Translations under genes and position numbers: made by a program
Shown: positions 16,786 through 30,863 of the stretch, piece after piece
Layout of the letters: each line of letters begins with the position of its first letter
How positions within the stretch are numbered: position 1 is the stretch's first letter
The notes under the pieces: generated by a model
Seen by the model: the letters and a program-made list of their open reading frames with translations, nothing else
What the model was told of the DNA's origin: nothing
The model's database searches: none
Source of the DNA: the human T2T-CHM13v2.0 reference genome, Homo sapiens
Reading direction: 5' to 3' (one strand)
NCBI RefSeq assembly: GCF_009914755.1
Contig: NC_060926.1
DNA: 64,000 bases

Positions 16786-17599
16786 TACCTTAGAAATGTG
16801 ACATGAGATTCCCACACAAAGGATTAAGATGGTTTTTCAGAGATTTAGAGCCAGAAAATGAAGTATATCATTGATTTTTTTTTCCAGGAACCATGTTTAA
16901 CATAGGGTTCATAAGCCAGTAAATTCACGCAGGCCTTTGCACTTGCTATGCAGACCTAGGGTAAACGTTCAGGCCTGCAATTAGCTCACCATAGTGGAAC
17001 TGATATGTATTAGACCTCCTTAGTGGGGAAATCACAATTGAAATTTGTATATATTGACACACTGACAAGAGTCTGGCGCCTGAGGAAAGAGATTCATGGA
17101 TGGCATGTGCTGATTACAAGAAGAAAAATAATGACCTCTGACTTGCTGTGTTCGTCTCCAAATATTCTACATAATAAATGATTAGCAGCCTTAGAAATAA
17201 TCTCAGCCTTTTCTTTAAAATGTCTAAATAGTAAGGAGAATAGAATGTAAATGCCTACATCTCCAGATAAACAAATACTATACACTAGGTGAAAACATAG
17301 AATAAATCATTAGATACATAGCGTTATTTAGCTAAGTAGTAACGTAAACCAGATGGCAAACAGGCAGCTGTAGGCTGAAATCAGGCAATAGATATGTTTT
17401 TCTAGGCCTACACAGTGTTAGATGGGATAGCAGCTAAAACATTTTAAATTATTTATGAGCATTTGCAAAACACAATATTCTATATAAAATTCATATGTAC
17501 ATATACATGCTTTATTAAAAAATACAAGATACGTATAGGCATACACAAGGGAGCCCTGTGTTGAAAGAACACTTTTTTATTTTGAATATGGTGATACTT

Positions 17600-17895
17600 A
17601 CAAGAAGCTATACATGTGACAAAAATAAAACTGTGCGATTGTTTAACAAAATTGCATAAAACATACACCCAAATGAGTGCTTATAAAACTGATGAGGTCT
17701 GAATAAGCTCTGTGGATTGCACTAATGTTAATTTTTATCAATGTAATTGTACCAATGTTTTGATAGTGTACTATAGTAATGCCAGCCATTACTATTGGGG
17801 AGGCTGGGTAAAAGGTGCATAAGACATTTTTGTATATTTCTTACAAAAATAACTTCCTGGAAGTTATAATTATTTCAAAATAAAAAGTTAAAAAT
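17600..17895 (+). mobile_element. Old L1M (L1MC/MD-like) 3' end fragment
   Basis: ACTATTGGGGAGGCTGGGTAAAAGGTGCA...ATAATTATTTCAAAATAAAAAGTT 3'UTR motif. Confidence 0.55.
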
Positions 17896-20135
17896 TATAT
17901 GCAAGTCAAGAGACTCTGGCAACAGATTCCCATGTGGCAGTAATTGTCTAGAGTTACATAGCAAGTGCTACTTTATACAAGGCATGGAGGAAAGGAAGTG
18001 AGAATTTAAAAACAGGAAGGTAAGAAGAAAGGGAGGGAAGAATGAGAGGACTAAGGGAAGAAGAAGAAATATCTATTTCAAAGACATGGAAATGTTTATA
18101 ACTATATATATCTACATAACATATAGAAAACTATAAACATATTAAATATATAAAAATCTATATGTAGAAATAAATATATATGATGAACACACGTATACAT
18201 TTGAAATATATATGTATATATATTTCCATATATCTGAAATGAAAAATAATTACTTCCAAAGAAGACAGTAAAGAAGGACAAAATAGCATTGACTGGTTGT
18301 GCAAAAAAAAACACAATATAATGTTAAAATGAATATACTAATATTATTAATGAAACTGAATTATGCATACAGGTAAAAGAATGTGAGATGAATATTATCA
18401 GAATTGATATAAAAATCTAGATACTAGCTATTGATAAGACACATATTTAAAACATAAGAACATGAAAATACTGAAAGTTAAATGATGGAAAAATTATTTC
18501 AGCAAATCCTAACCAAAATAAAAGCTGCTGGACATATGTTAATATAGATTTTATAGTAACTACATAAAAATTAATGTTTTAGTTCACCAGATGTTATGTG
18601 ATGTTAAAAATTAAGTTTTAGGTACCTAAATTACTTCAACATATATAAAGCAGATCCTGGAGGCAGAGCAAGATGGCCAAATAGAACCTTCCTCTGATCA
18701 TCCCCCAGGCAGGAACACCAAATTGAACAATTATCCACACTAGAAAGCACCTTCATAAGAACAAAAAATTAGGTGAATGATCAAAATACCAGCTTGTAAT
18801 ATCATACTTAGAAAAGAGGCATATAAGAGGGTAGGAAGACAGCATTAAATTGCCCAACCCCCTGCAATGGTACGACATGGAGACAGAAACTCTGTGCTTG
18901 AGGGAGAAAGAGTGTAGTGACTCTGGGACTTTGCAAGGGAACTCAGTGCTGCTGTGGTCACAGGAGAAAGCTACACAGGGCAGCATCCAGCCAGCACTTA
19001 CAGAGGAAACATTTAGATCAGTCCTAACTAGAGGAGAATCATGCAATCCAGCCGCTGCAACTTGAGTCCCTCCTAGACCTACCACCACGGGCTAAAGCAC
19101 TCTGGAGTGCTAAGTAAAGTTGAAAGGCAGCCTAGGCCACATGGACAGCAATTCCTGGGCAAGTCTTGGTGCTGTGCTGGGTTTGGAGCCGGTGGACTTG
19201 GGGTGCAGGTAACCCAGAGAGACACCGGCTGGGGCAGCCAAGGGAGTGCTTGTGTCACCCCTCCCCCAACCTAAGGCATCATAGCTTGCCGCTCCTAGAG
19301 ACTCCTTTCTTCCCCTCCAGGAAAGGAGAGAAGAGAGTAAAAAGGACTTTGTCTTGCAACTTGGATAAGAGCTCAGCCACAGTAAGATGAAGCACCAAGC
19401 AGAGTTCTGAAACCCCCATTCCAGGCCCTAGCTCCCACACAGTATCATTAGGCACACCCAGGGTCAAAAGGGAACCTGCTGCCCTGAAGTGAAGAACCTA
19501 GTCCTGGCAGGATTAATCACTTGTTGACGAAAGAATCCTTAGGCCTTGAATTAACATCAGTGGTAGCCAGACAGTATTCATCACAGACCTTAGGTGACCT
19601 AGTACTGTGCGGGCTTCCGGTGTGACCCAGCACATTCCCAGCTGTGGTGACCACAGAGAGAGATGTGTTTTGCTTGAGGACAGAAAAGGGAAGAGTAAAA
19701 AGGATTTTATCTTCCAACTTGGGTGCCAGCTCAGCCACAGGAAAATAAGGTAGCAAGTAGATCCCTAAACTTATCAACCCCAGGGTCTAGTTCCTAAACA
19801 GCATTTCTAGGTCCACCCTGGGCCAGAAGGAAGCTCCCTCCCTGAAGGGAAAGACACTTGCCTGGCTGCGTTCACCACCTGCTGACTACAGAGCCCATGG
19901 GCCTTGAATAAACATAGGCAGTAGACAGACAATAATCACCACAGGACTTGGTGAGACCCAGTACTAGGCTGGCTTCAGATCTTACCCAGCATTTCTTAGT
20001 GTGCTGGCCATGGGCACTTGTCTTACCTGTTCCCCAACTCCAGGAAGCTCAGCACAGAGAGAGGGAAACACTCCTTGTTTGAAGGAAAATGAGGAAAGAG
20101 AATAAGAGACTCTGCTGATAATCCTGGTAAGGCTC

Positions 20136-20491
20136 TGTATTAGTTCTCACACTGCTAATAAAGACATACCTGAGACAGGGTAATTTATAAAGGAAAGAGG
20201 TTTAATGGACTCACAGTCACACATGGCTGAGGAGGCCTCACAATCATGGCAGAAGGCAAATGAGGAGCAAAGTCATGTCTTACATGGTGACAGGCAAGAC
20301 AGTGTGTGCAGGGGAACCCCCCTTTATAAAACCATCAGATCTCATGAAATTTATTCCCTATCATGAGAACAGCATGGAAATACCTGCCCCCATGATTCAC
20401 TTACCTCCCACTGGGTCTCTCCCACGACAGGGAATTATGGGAGCTACAATTCAAGATGAGATTTAGGTGGGGGCACAGTCAAACCATATCA
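20136..20491 (-). mobile_element. THE1B/C MaLR solo LTR inside the L1 5'UTR
   Basis: TGTATTAG...GGGCACAGTCAAACCATATCA; perfect 5-bp TSD GGCTC. Confidence 0.92.
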
Positions 20492-22285
20492 GGCTCCCAG
20501 ATCTTACCCAAGAACATGAAGGTGGTACCTCTACAAGTCTGCAACAGTCATAGCATTACCGGGCTTCAGTGCCTTCTAATACAGATACTACGGCAGTGAC
20601 CAAAGACTTAGATTACAACCCTCAATTCTCTTTTAATACTTAGGAAACCTTCACGGGAAGGATGGGTACAAATAAGCTCAGACTGAGAAGAATGCAATAA
20701 ATACCCAAACTTTCAATGCCCACACATCAACGAACATCCGTAAGATCATCCAGGAAAACATGACCTCATCAAATGAACTAAATTAGGCACAAGAGAACAA
20801 TCCCAGGGTGACAGAGACATGTAACCTTTCAGATAGAGAGTTCAAAATAGCAGTTTTGAGGGAACTCAATGAAATTCAAGATAACAGCGAGAAATAATGC
20901 CGAAACTTATTAGATAAATTTAATGGAGTTTTTAATAGTTTAACAAAACCAAGAAGAAATTCTAGAGCTGGAGAATGCATCAGAGCCTCTCAACAGCAGA
21001 ACTGACCAAACAGAAGAATTAATGAGCTTGAAGACAGGCTATTTGAAAATATATAGTTAGAGAGGAGAAAATTTAAGAAACAGTTTAAAAAAATAAAACA
21101 TGCCTACAAGACCTAGAAAATTGCCTCAGCAAGTCAAATCTAAGAGTTATTGGCTGTAAAGAAGTCATACAGAATGAGACTAGGGTAGAAATTTAATTCA
21201 ATAAGATAGTAAGAGAGAACTTTTGAAACCTAGAGGAAAATACCAATACTCAAGTACAAGAAGGTCATAGAAAACCAACCTGATTTAACCCCAGTAAGAC
21301 TACCTCAAGACATTTAATAATCAAACTCCCAAAGGGCAAGAATAAAGAAAGGACCCTAAAAGCAGCAAGAGAAAAGAAACAAAGGAGCAAGTGAGCTTCC
21401 ATACATGCAAAAGAGCTCCAATACACCTGGCAGCAGACTTTTTAGTGGAAATTTTACCTGCCAGGAGAGAGTGGCATGTCATATTTAAGACACTGGACTT
21501 AATCTGCAGCACAGACCAAATGGACTTCATAGATATTTACAGAATATTTCATCCAATGGCTGCAAAATACACATTCCTTTCCTCAGTGCATGGAACATTC
21601 TCAAGGACAGACAGTATGTTAGGCCACAAAACAAGTCTTAAAAATTCAAAAAAATAGAAATTGTATCAAGTATATTATCTGACCACAATGAAATAGAACT
21701 AGGAATCAATATCAAGAGGAACTTTGGAAACTACACAAACATATGGAAATTAAACAACATTCTCCTGAATGACCAGTGGGTCAATGAAGAAATTAAGAAG
21801 GAAATTTAAAAATAATATTGAAACAAATGAAAATGGAAACCCAACATACCAAAAATTATGAAATACTGCAAAGGCAGTACTAAGAGGAAAGTTTATAGCA
21901 ATAATCACCTATATCAAACAAGTAGAAAAATTTCAAATAAATAACCTAAAGTTTAATCTTAAAAAACTAGAAAAGCAAGAGCGAAACAAACCCAAAATTA
22001 GTAGAAGAAAAGAAATAATAAAGATCGAGCAGAAATAAATAAAATTGAATGAAGAAAACAATTCAAAATAAAAAAGATCTTTAACTTGACTAAGAGAAAA
22101 AGAAAAACCCACGTAAGATCAGAGATGAAAAAAGAAGACATTGCAACTGATACTGGAAAACCTATAAGAAATGGATAAATTCCTAGATACATAAAACTCA
22201 ACAAGATTGAATCATGAAGAATCAAAGAACCTGAATTGACTAATAAAAGGTAATAAGGTCAAAGACAATAAAAAGTATGCCAGCA

Positions 22286-22728
22286 GCAGGACTCAGTGGC
22301 TCATGGCTGTAATCCCAGAACTTTTGGAGGTCGAGGTAGGTGGATCATTTGAGGCCAGGAGTTTAAGACCAGCCTGGCCCAAATGGCGAAACCCTGTCTC
22401 TACTAAAAATAAAAAAATTTGGGAGGCTGAGGCAGGAGAATCGCTTAAAACCCAGGGGGCGGAAGTTACAGTGAGCTGAGGTTGTACCACTGCCCTCCAG
22501 CCTAGGCCACAGAGTGAGACTTGGTCTCAAAAAAATTAAAAACAGAAATAAAAAATTAAAAAATTAACAAGTCCTGGTGGCTCACACCTGTAATCCCAGC
22601 TACTCAGGAGGCTGAGGCAGGAGAATCACTTGAACCCAGGAGGTGGAGGCAGAGGCTGCAGTGAGCCAAGATCATGCCACTGCACTCTAGCCTAGGCAAC
22701 AGGGTGAGACTCTGTCTCAAAAAAAGAA
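22286..22728 (+). mobile_element. Composite Alu: left arm + truncated right arm + second full right arm
   Basis: left arm 22286-22419, GGGAGGCTGAGGCAGG..GTCTCAAAA at 22420-22560, second right arm 22562-22728. Confidence 0.9.
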
Positions 22729-24356
22729 AAATGTCTCCCAGCAAAGAAAAGCCTGGGACCCTATGGCTTCCCTGCTGAATTTTACCAAATATTTAAAGAA
22801 CCAATATCAATCCTACCCAAACTTTTCCAAAAGATAGAGGAGGGAATCCTTCTAAACTCATTCTATGAGGCTAGTATTACTCTGATACAAAAGTGAGATA
22901 ATGACACACTGAAACAAGAAAACTAAAAACCAGTATCTCTGATGAATACTAATGCAAAAATTGCCAAGAAAATACTAGGAAACTGAATTCAACAACACCT
23001 TTAAAAGATCATCCATCATGACAAAGTGGGATTTATCCCAGGGATATAAGGATGGTTCAATGCATGCAAATCTCTCAATATGATACATCACATCAACAGA
23101 ATGAAGGACAAAAACCATGTGATCATTACAGTTGATGCTGAAAAAACATTTGGTAAAATTCAATAACACTTCATGATGATAACCTTCAAAAATGGATTTA
23201 GAAGGAGCATATCTCAACACAGTAAAAGCTGTATACATCAGACTCACAGATAGTATCATTCTAAATGGCAAAAAACTGAAAGCCTTTCTTTTAAGATCTG
23301 GAAAAAGACATAGATGCCTACTTTCTTCACTGTTACTCAACATAGTACTGTAAGTCCTATCTAGACAAGAGAAAGAAAAAAAAGGGATCCAAATTGGAAA
23401 GGAAGAAGTGAAATTATCCTTTTTTTTGCAGATGATATGATCATATATTTGGAAAAACCTAAAGACTCCACCAGAAAACTATCAGAACAAATAAATTTAG
23501 TAAAGTTGCACGATACAATATCAATATAAAAATTCAGTAACATATCTGTATGACAACAGTGAACAATCTGGAAAAGAAATCAAGTAAGCCTATTTACAGT
23601 AGTTGTGAATACAATAAATATGTAAAAATAAACTTCAACCAAAAAAGTTATAAACCTCTACGATGAAAACTATGAAACATTGATGCAAGGAATTGAAGAG
23701 AACACCACAAACTGAAAGGATATTCCACGTTTGTGGATTGGAAGAATCAATATTGTTAAAATTCCCATACTACCCAAATCAATCTACAGATTCAATGCAG
23801 GATATGAAATCAAATCCCTATCACAATATCAATGGCATTCTTCACAGAAACAGAAAAAATAATCTTAAAATTTATATGGAACCACAAAAGACCCAGAATA
23901 GGCAAAGCAATCCTGAGCAAAAAGAACAAAACTGGAGAAATCATATTATCTCACTTCAAATTATACTACAGAGCTAAACCAAACAGCATGGTACTGGCAT
24001 AAACAGACACACAGACCAATGGAACTGAATAGACAATACAGAAATAAATCTACCCATCTACAGTGAACTTATTTTCGACAATGGTGCCAAGAACATACAT
24101 TGGAGAAAACACAGTCCTCAATAGTTGGTGCTGGGGAAACTGGGTATCCATATGCAGAAGAATGACACTGCACTTCTGTTGCTTGCCATAGACAAAAATC
24201 ACAACAAAATGGATTAAAGACTTAAATCTAATAATTCAGCCTATGAAACTTCTAAAAGAAGTAATTGAAGAAACTCATCAAAACACTGCAGTTGGCAAAG
24301 GTTTCTTGAATATTACACCACAAGCACAGGCAACCAAAGCAAAAATTAACTAATGC

Positions 24357-24666
24357 TTTTTTTTTTTTTTTTTTTTTTTTTTTGGTAGGGCATGAAGTTT
24401 CGCTCTTGTCACCCAGGCTGGAGTACAATGACACGATCTCGGCTCACTGCAACCTCTGCCTCTTGGGTTCAAGCGATTCTCTCAGCCTCCTGAGTAGCTA
24501 GGATTACAGGCACCCACCATCACGCCCAGCTAATTTTTGTATTTTTAGTAGAGATGGGGTCTCACCATGTTGGCCAGGCTGGTCTCAAGCTCCTGACCTC
24601 AGGTGATCCACCCGCCTTGGCCTCCCAAAGTGCTGGGATTACAGGAGTGAGTCACAGTGCCCAGCC
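24357..24666 (-). mobile_element. AluS (Sq/Sx-like) SINE inside L1 ORF2
   Basis: long poly-T, then Alu reverse complement with CTCAGGTGATCC; TSD AAC(T/A)AATGC. Confidence 0.95.
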
Positions 24667-26094
24667 AACAAATGCTATTACATGAAGTTAAAACCTTTCT
24701 GCACAACAAAGGAAACAATCAACAAAGTGAAGAGACAACCCACGGAATAGGGGAACATATTTGCAAACTATTCCTCTGACAAGAGATTAATAGCCAGAAT
24801 ATATAAGGAACTCAAATAATTCAATAGGAAAAAAATCTAATAATCTGATTTTTAAGTGGGTAAAAATTGAAATAGACATTTCTCAAAATAAGATATACAA
24901 ATAGCAAACAGGTATCTGAAAAAGTGCTCAACATTACTGGTCATCAGAGAAATGTAACTCAAAATTACGAGAGATATTATCTTACCCCAATTAAAATGGC
25001 TCTTATTGAAAAGACAGGCAATAAAAAATACTGGTGAGGATGTGGATAAAAGGGTACATTTCTCCAGTGTTGGTGGGAATGCAAATTAGTACTACCACTA
25101 TTGAGAACACTTTTGAGGTTCCTCCAAAACTAAAACTAGAGCTACCATATGGTTCAACAATCCCACTGCTAGTTATATAACCAAAAGAAAGGAAATCAGT
25201 TGATCAAAGAGATATCTGCACTCCTGTGTTTATTGCAGCACTATTCAGAATAGCCAAAATTGGCTATTCTAGACATTTTAAGTAACCTAAGTGTCTGTTA
25301 ACAGAAGAATGGATAAAGAAAATGTGGTACATATACACAATGGAGTAAAACTCAGCCATAAAAAAGAATGAGATCCTGTCATTTGCAGCAACATGGATGG
25401 TACCTGAGGTCATTATGTTAAGTGAGATAAGCCGGGCACAGAAAGACAAACATTGCATATTCTCAATCATTTGGGGGAGTTACAGATGAAAAATTGAACT
25501 CATGGAGACAGTAGAATGATGTTTCTCAGAGGCTAGGAAGGGTAGTAGGGATTGAGGTGGGTGGGCAAGTGGGGATAGTTAATGGGTACAAAAACATAGA
25601 TAGAATGAACATGATCTAGTATTTGATAGCACTACAGGGTGACTACAGGAAAAATTAATCTTTTGCACATTTTTACATAATTGAGGGTATAATTAGAAAG
25701 TTTGTAACACAGATAAATGATAAATGTTTGAAGTGACGTATACTCCACTTTCCCTGATGTGATTATTACCCGCTGTATGCTTGTATCCTTAATATAACTC
25801 ATGTACCCCATAAATATATGCACCCACTATGTACCCATAAAAATTAGAAATAATTTTTTAAAAAAGAAAAAATATATAAAGCAAATTGGATAAAAATCAT
25901 AGGATAAAACTCACAAATCCCCTGTCAGACTGGAAGTTTTTAGCATGCGTGTTTTTGTAAGTGATAAATCAAATAGACAAAAATGAAAAAAAAAGAGAAC
26001 ATTAGAACAACGTAACAAAAGTCTGCTTTAATGCACATATATGAAACCTGTACCCTGCAAGTAAAGAGTACACATTTTAAAAAAAATACCATAG

Positions 26095-26564
26095 TGAGAG
26101 AAGAGAGAGATCCTCTCATATTGTATTATACTCAGTACCTGTTTTAAGAAAAAAACAAGGAAGTGAAATCAAAGACAGGCAGCCCAGTGCCAGGCCCAAA
26201 ACCAGGCCTGGGCCTGCCTGGCCTAAACCCAGTAGTTAAAAATCAACTCATAACCTAGAAACCAATGTTATTCGTAGATTCCGGACATTGTATAGAAGAA
26301 CACTGTGAAACTCCCTGCCCTGTTCTGTTTCTCTCTGACCACTGGTGCATGCAGCCCCTGTCACGTATTCCTTGCTTGCTGAAATCAATCACAACCCTTT
26401 CATGTGAAATCCTTAGTGTTGTGAGCTCTTAAAAGGGACAGAAATTGTGCACTTGGGGTGCTCGGATTTTAAGGCAGCAGCTTGCCGATCCTCCCAGCTG
26501 AATAAAGCCCTTCCTTCTACAACTTGGTGTCTGAGAGGTTTTGTCTGCGGCTCGTCCTTCTACA
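26095..26564 (+). mobile_element. LTR2 (LTR2B-like) 5' LTR of a HERV-E/Harlequin-type ERV1
   Basis: TG...CA ends (TGAGAGAAGAGAGAGA / CCTTCTACA), AATAAA at about 26501, followed by tRNA-Glu PBS. Confidence 0.85.
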
Positions 26565-27033
26565 TTTCTTGGTCCCCTGACCGGGAATCGAGGTAACTGA
26601 GGGATGGCCGAGGTAGCCCCTTAGGCAGCTTAGGCCTGCCCTGTGGAGCATCCCTGCAGGGGACTCTGGCCAGCCTGAGTGACGTGATCCAAAGAGCACT
26701 CCTGGGTAGAAAATTGCCTGGGTGGAACGCCTCACCAGAACAGCACGTAGCAGGCCCCCGTGGAGGATTAACACAGTGGCTGAACACCGGGAAGGAACTG
26801 GCACTTGGAATCCGGACATCTGAAACTTGGTAAGACTCGTCTTTGGAACTTGCCCTACTCCATCTGAGTGGAAGCGTGGCCTGATCACCCACGGTGTGCC
26901 TGTATTGGCACTTTTGTTCTGGTTTTGACTTGACTTGACTTGGTAAGACTAGTCTTTGGAACTTGCCCCACTCCATCTGAGTGGAAGTGTGGCCTGATCA
27001 CCCACGACGTGCCTGCATTGGCACTTTTGTTCT
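26565..27033 (+). mobile_element. HERV-E-type leader with a 113-bp tandem repeat (two TG/GTAAGA splice donors); element ends abruptly
   Basis: ACTTGGTAAGACT...GGCACTTTTGTTCT at 26825 and 26938; AT-rich L1M-like DNA follows 27033. Confidence 0.8.
26570..26591 (+). other. Primer binding site, tRNA-Glu
   Basis: TGGTCCCCTGACCGGGAATCGA is the complement of the tRNA-Glu 3' end with one mismatch. Confidence 0.9.
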
Positions 27034-27169
27034 AAACAAGAAAATATGGACAGGATACTTATCTAAATAAAATTACTAAATATTTTGATACTTTATTCCA
27101 GTAAATATGGATGCTTAGATAAAAGGGATCATACACAACAGCAACATAATCTTTCCAAAATCACTAAAA

Positions 27170-28190
27170 GAAAATAAAAAGTTTTATAATCATGTTTTAA
27201 ATGGCATAAAGAAGTAAATTTTCCATGTTCATAGACTGAAAGTGCTAAATCTAGTAAAGATGTTGTTTCTAAATGTATTCATAAAGTTAATGCACTGCCA
27301 ATAACATAATATTTTGCCAAAAATTATATTTATTCTAAAATATATGTAGAAGAGAAATAAGTAATGAAGAATCAAATTATTTTTGATAAATGAGATGGGT
27401 AGGTATGGGTATGTATGCCATACCAGCTATTAAGATCTACTATATCTTTATTATAGCTAAAATACTGTGATATTGACACAGGCATAGGCAAGTAGAGCAA
27501 GGGAAACCTGACACATATAAGTGCTGGTATCACACATCAATGAGCAAAATATTAACTCATAAATGGCATTTTGTTTTAGTTAGCCTTATGAAAAAAATGA
27601 AATTAGATTCTTCCTCTAAACTACATACAAAAATAAATTCTAGCAAATTAAAAATGAATACAGGAATATCTGTATGAACTCAGAGTAGTAAAGTCTATCT
27701 TCATCAATATACACAAAGAATAAACAATAAATGTAATTATATCGGTAAATAAGTGTTGATATGTTCATACAATGGAATATTATACAGCAACAAATAGAAA
27801 TGGATCTGTTACTGGTATCAATATGGATGAATCTTGCAGACATACTTTTGAATGGAAAAACCATTGATAAATGAATACATATAGTACATCATGTACGTTA
27901 ATTTTAACATATGAAAAGCAATTATATTTGATTTTAAAGATACACAATTATATAATAATTACTTGCAGAAGTGCATGAAACTACTAAGAAGCAAATCAAT
28001 ATAATGAATATGTCTGAGAACAGGTAGGTAGGGTGCATAAGAAGAAAAGGTTAGGTATTCAGGAATCTCCAACAGCCTTTGCAATGTTTTACTTCTAAAA
28101 CTGAATGATGGGTACATAGATATTTACTTCGGTATAGTTTATATCTTCTAGTATATCTGCAATATTTTACAATGAATTTTAAAATAACAG
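27170..28190 (+). mobile_element. Highly diverged L1M(E) ORF2/3'UTR fragments
   Basis: remnant motifs TTCCATGTTCATAGACTGAAAG, ATGTTCATACAATGGAATATTATACAGCAA, ATATGGATGAATCTT. Confidence 0.55.
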
Positions 28191-28527
28191 TAACACACAC
28201 AAGGCTTCTACTCTCCAATCTACCACTGACCCACTATTCCCCACTATGATACAGTTTGAATGAGCAAGCTTAGACTGTTGCGTTTACCTAGAATAGTACT
28301 AAAGAGGAAACAAATACTTATTTTAAAAAATTACAGGCATGTAATGTGAAATAAGTACATCATGAATGAGGGGGTATCTGGGTATCTGTCCCCTCAAGCA
28401 TGTATCCATTGAATTGCAAACCATCAAATTATATTCTTTAAGTTACTTTAAAATGTACATGTTATTACTGACTATAATCACCCCGTTGTGCTATGCAACA
28501 GTAAGCCTTATTTATCCAATTTTTTAA

Positions 28528-28842
<315 letters not shown>

Positions 28843-30863
28843 CCTTTCTATTTTTGTACCCATTAAATATCCCATCTCTCCCCAATCCCCCCACTAGGTT
28901 GTTGGAAAGACAAAACACCGAAACCATTTGTTTGGGCTGGGTTATGAATAAAAATGAAACTAGGCTGTTGCAAAGGATAGTCTACTTCACCAAAAAAAAA
29001 AAAAAAAAAAGTTTATTTTTTAATAGCAACCTAAAACACTCATTCACTTTAGCTGCTAGCACCCTGTAGGTACTTAAGTTTATGAACACTAATCAACACT
29101 AGTACAGAGAAGACACTGTAGAGATATTTTTAGTATTATAATAATTAACACAATATAATTTTCCACTTCTTAGGCTTAGAAAGTTATCTTATCGTTATAC
29201 AAGACCTGTATAAAAGTAGATGAATGAATGAAGAGATCTATGAAACTGAAGATCAGACATACAGTTTGTAATTCTTCTAAGCTGCTTTGAACCCCTTTGT
29301 AATGAAAGAAATGCTACTGCTCAAGAAATTGTAATCATTTTTGCTTATAATTAACATCACTTTATTAATAATTGTTATATTTCAAATTTATTCTCTCTGG
29401 CTTGGAAAATTAGCAACAGTGTTGAATAAATTAGGATAATATTAAAAGAAACTATATTTAAAGCAAGCAAAACTTTAGTGGACAGATAAGATTGTACTCA
29501 TTATAAAGTATATTTACCATGGAGAAGCTGCATCTCCTGTGAGACACCAGAGAAGAGATTTTGATAACCAGATGGCTTTTGCAGCCTGAGAAGTATGCAC
29601 ATTGGCTAGCTACTTGACTCAATTGTTTTGCTTGCATTTTGTGGCATAGCTTTTTCTCAGCTGCGGGCAACAGTTGAATGGACATTAAAATCTCAGAGTT
29701 AAAATATAGCTATAGTTTCTTTGAACAAACCTTTCTACCAATGAAAGATGTTGCCTTACAGGTGGTCTTCAAATCTCTACTTGAACATTCTGTTGACCAA
29801 GAACTCACTGTCTCTGAGATGGATTGTTTCATTGCTGAAGTGCTTAATTGTTAGATAATCTACCCTTATATGTCTTTCTGTAACTTTCATTCATTGGACC
29901 TAGGCCTGTTCCTCTTTTCTGTAAAAACTAAATAGTAATTTTTACAGGTCAGTTGAACAAACATTTGGGGAGCAGCTGCTATCAAGTTAAAGATTAAGAC
30001 GTGATTTATATACTTACGGATTTTCAACTATTTAGTGCAGAAAGACATTTACATGAACATTTACATATATAGGTATTCCTATTGCCACAACCTGTTTACT
30101 GTTGACAAAAAGGTGAATGCATTTCAAGTAGGAAATTACAGAGCTCGTTAACCATGCATCATAAGTAAGGCAGCAAATATCTAATCTTCATCAGTAAGAG
30201 TCCCAACTCTTACTAACTGCAACTTTGATAAATGGATATTGCTAAGAATGTGTGTTGGTTGTACTACTGTTCAAGGTGGCTAAGTCCATATATTTCTTTC
30301 ACTTCTCACTCCAGATTTTGTGAAATGACACCTAAGTTGTATAAAAAGATGTGAATTAATTACTGCTCTCATAATGAGAGAAGTTTCATGAGTGGCTTAA
30401 AGACTTTCAAACATGCATGAATATTTGGAGTATAAAGAATAGCAGATGATTCTAGTAGCAAAGTAGAAATGTAAAGAGGAGGAAACTCTAGTAGAAATAA
30501 AAACTGTTCTTCCCCCACCCACCAGAGCCTTAGTGGGCCTTCAAGATCAGAGACCAGGAGTAGGCTACAAAACAGAGTCATTCATTTATGCTTTTATTCA
30601 TAATATCAAAAGCAGATTACCACATGCTTTCATCCTCCACCTTTAGAGCATCTAACACCAAGATGAAGACTAGAGATGTGCTGTTTAAAGAAGTTGAAAA
30701 ATTTATTTACGGTGGGCAAGGACTCAGAGTCAACATCTTATCTTGGCACAAGACAGGAGGTTTGGTGGTTGTAGGAGACCTGTATTCTTTCCACACATGC
30801 AAGTGAGAATGAAGTCTTCCACTTGACATACCTCTAACTCTGATATAAAACTCAGTAAGTTTT

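Larger units (their letters stand above)
18659..25870 (+). mobile_element. Near-full-length L1MA (about MA2-4) with internal deletions, inserted into an older L1M and hosting THE1 and Alu insertions
   Basis: 5'UTR start GGAGGCAGAGCAAGATGGCCAAATAGAA; decayed ORF1 (about 20700-21490) and ORF2; L1MA-type end CATGTACCCCATAAATATATGCACCCACTATGTACCCATAAAAATT; TSD-like ATATATAAAGCA(G/A)AT at 18641 and 25872. Confidence 0.85.

Noticed and set aside
26825-27033. Direct repeats as a CRISPR-like array
   Set aside because: Two-unit tandem repeat inside a eukaryotic ERV leader, with no spacers.
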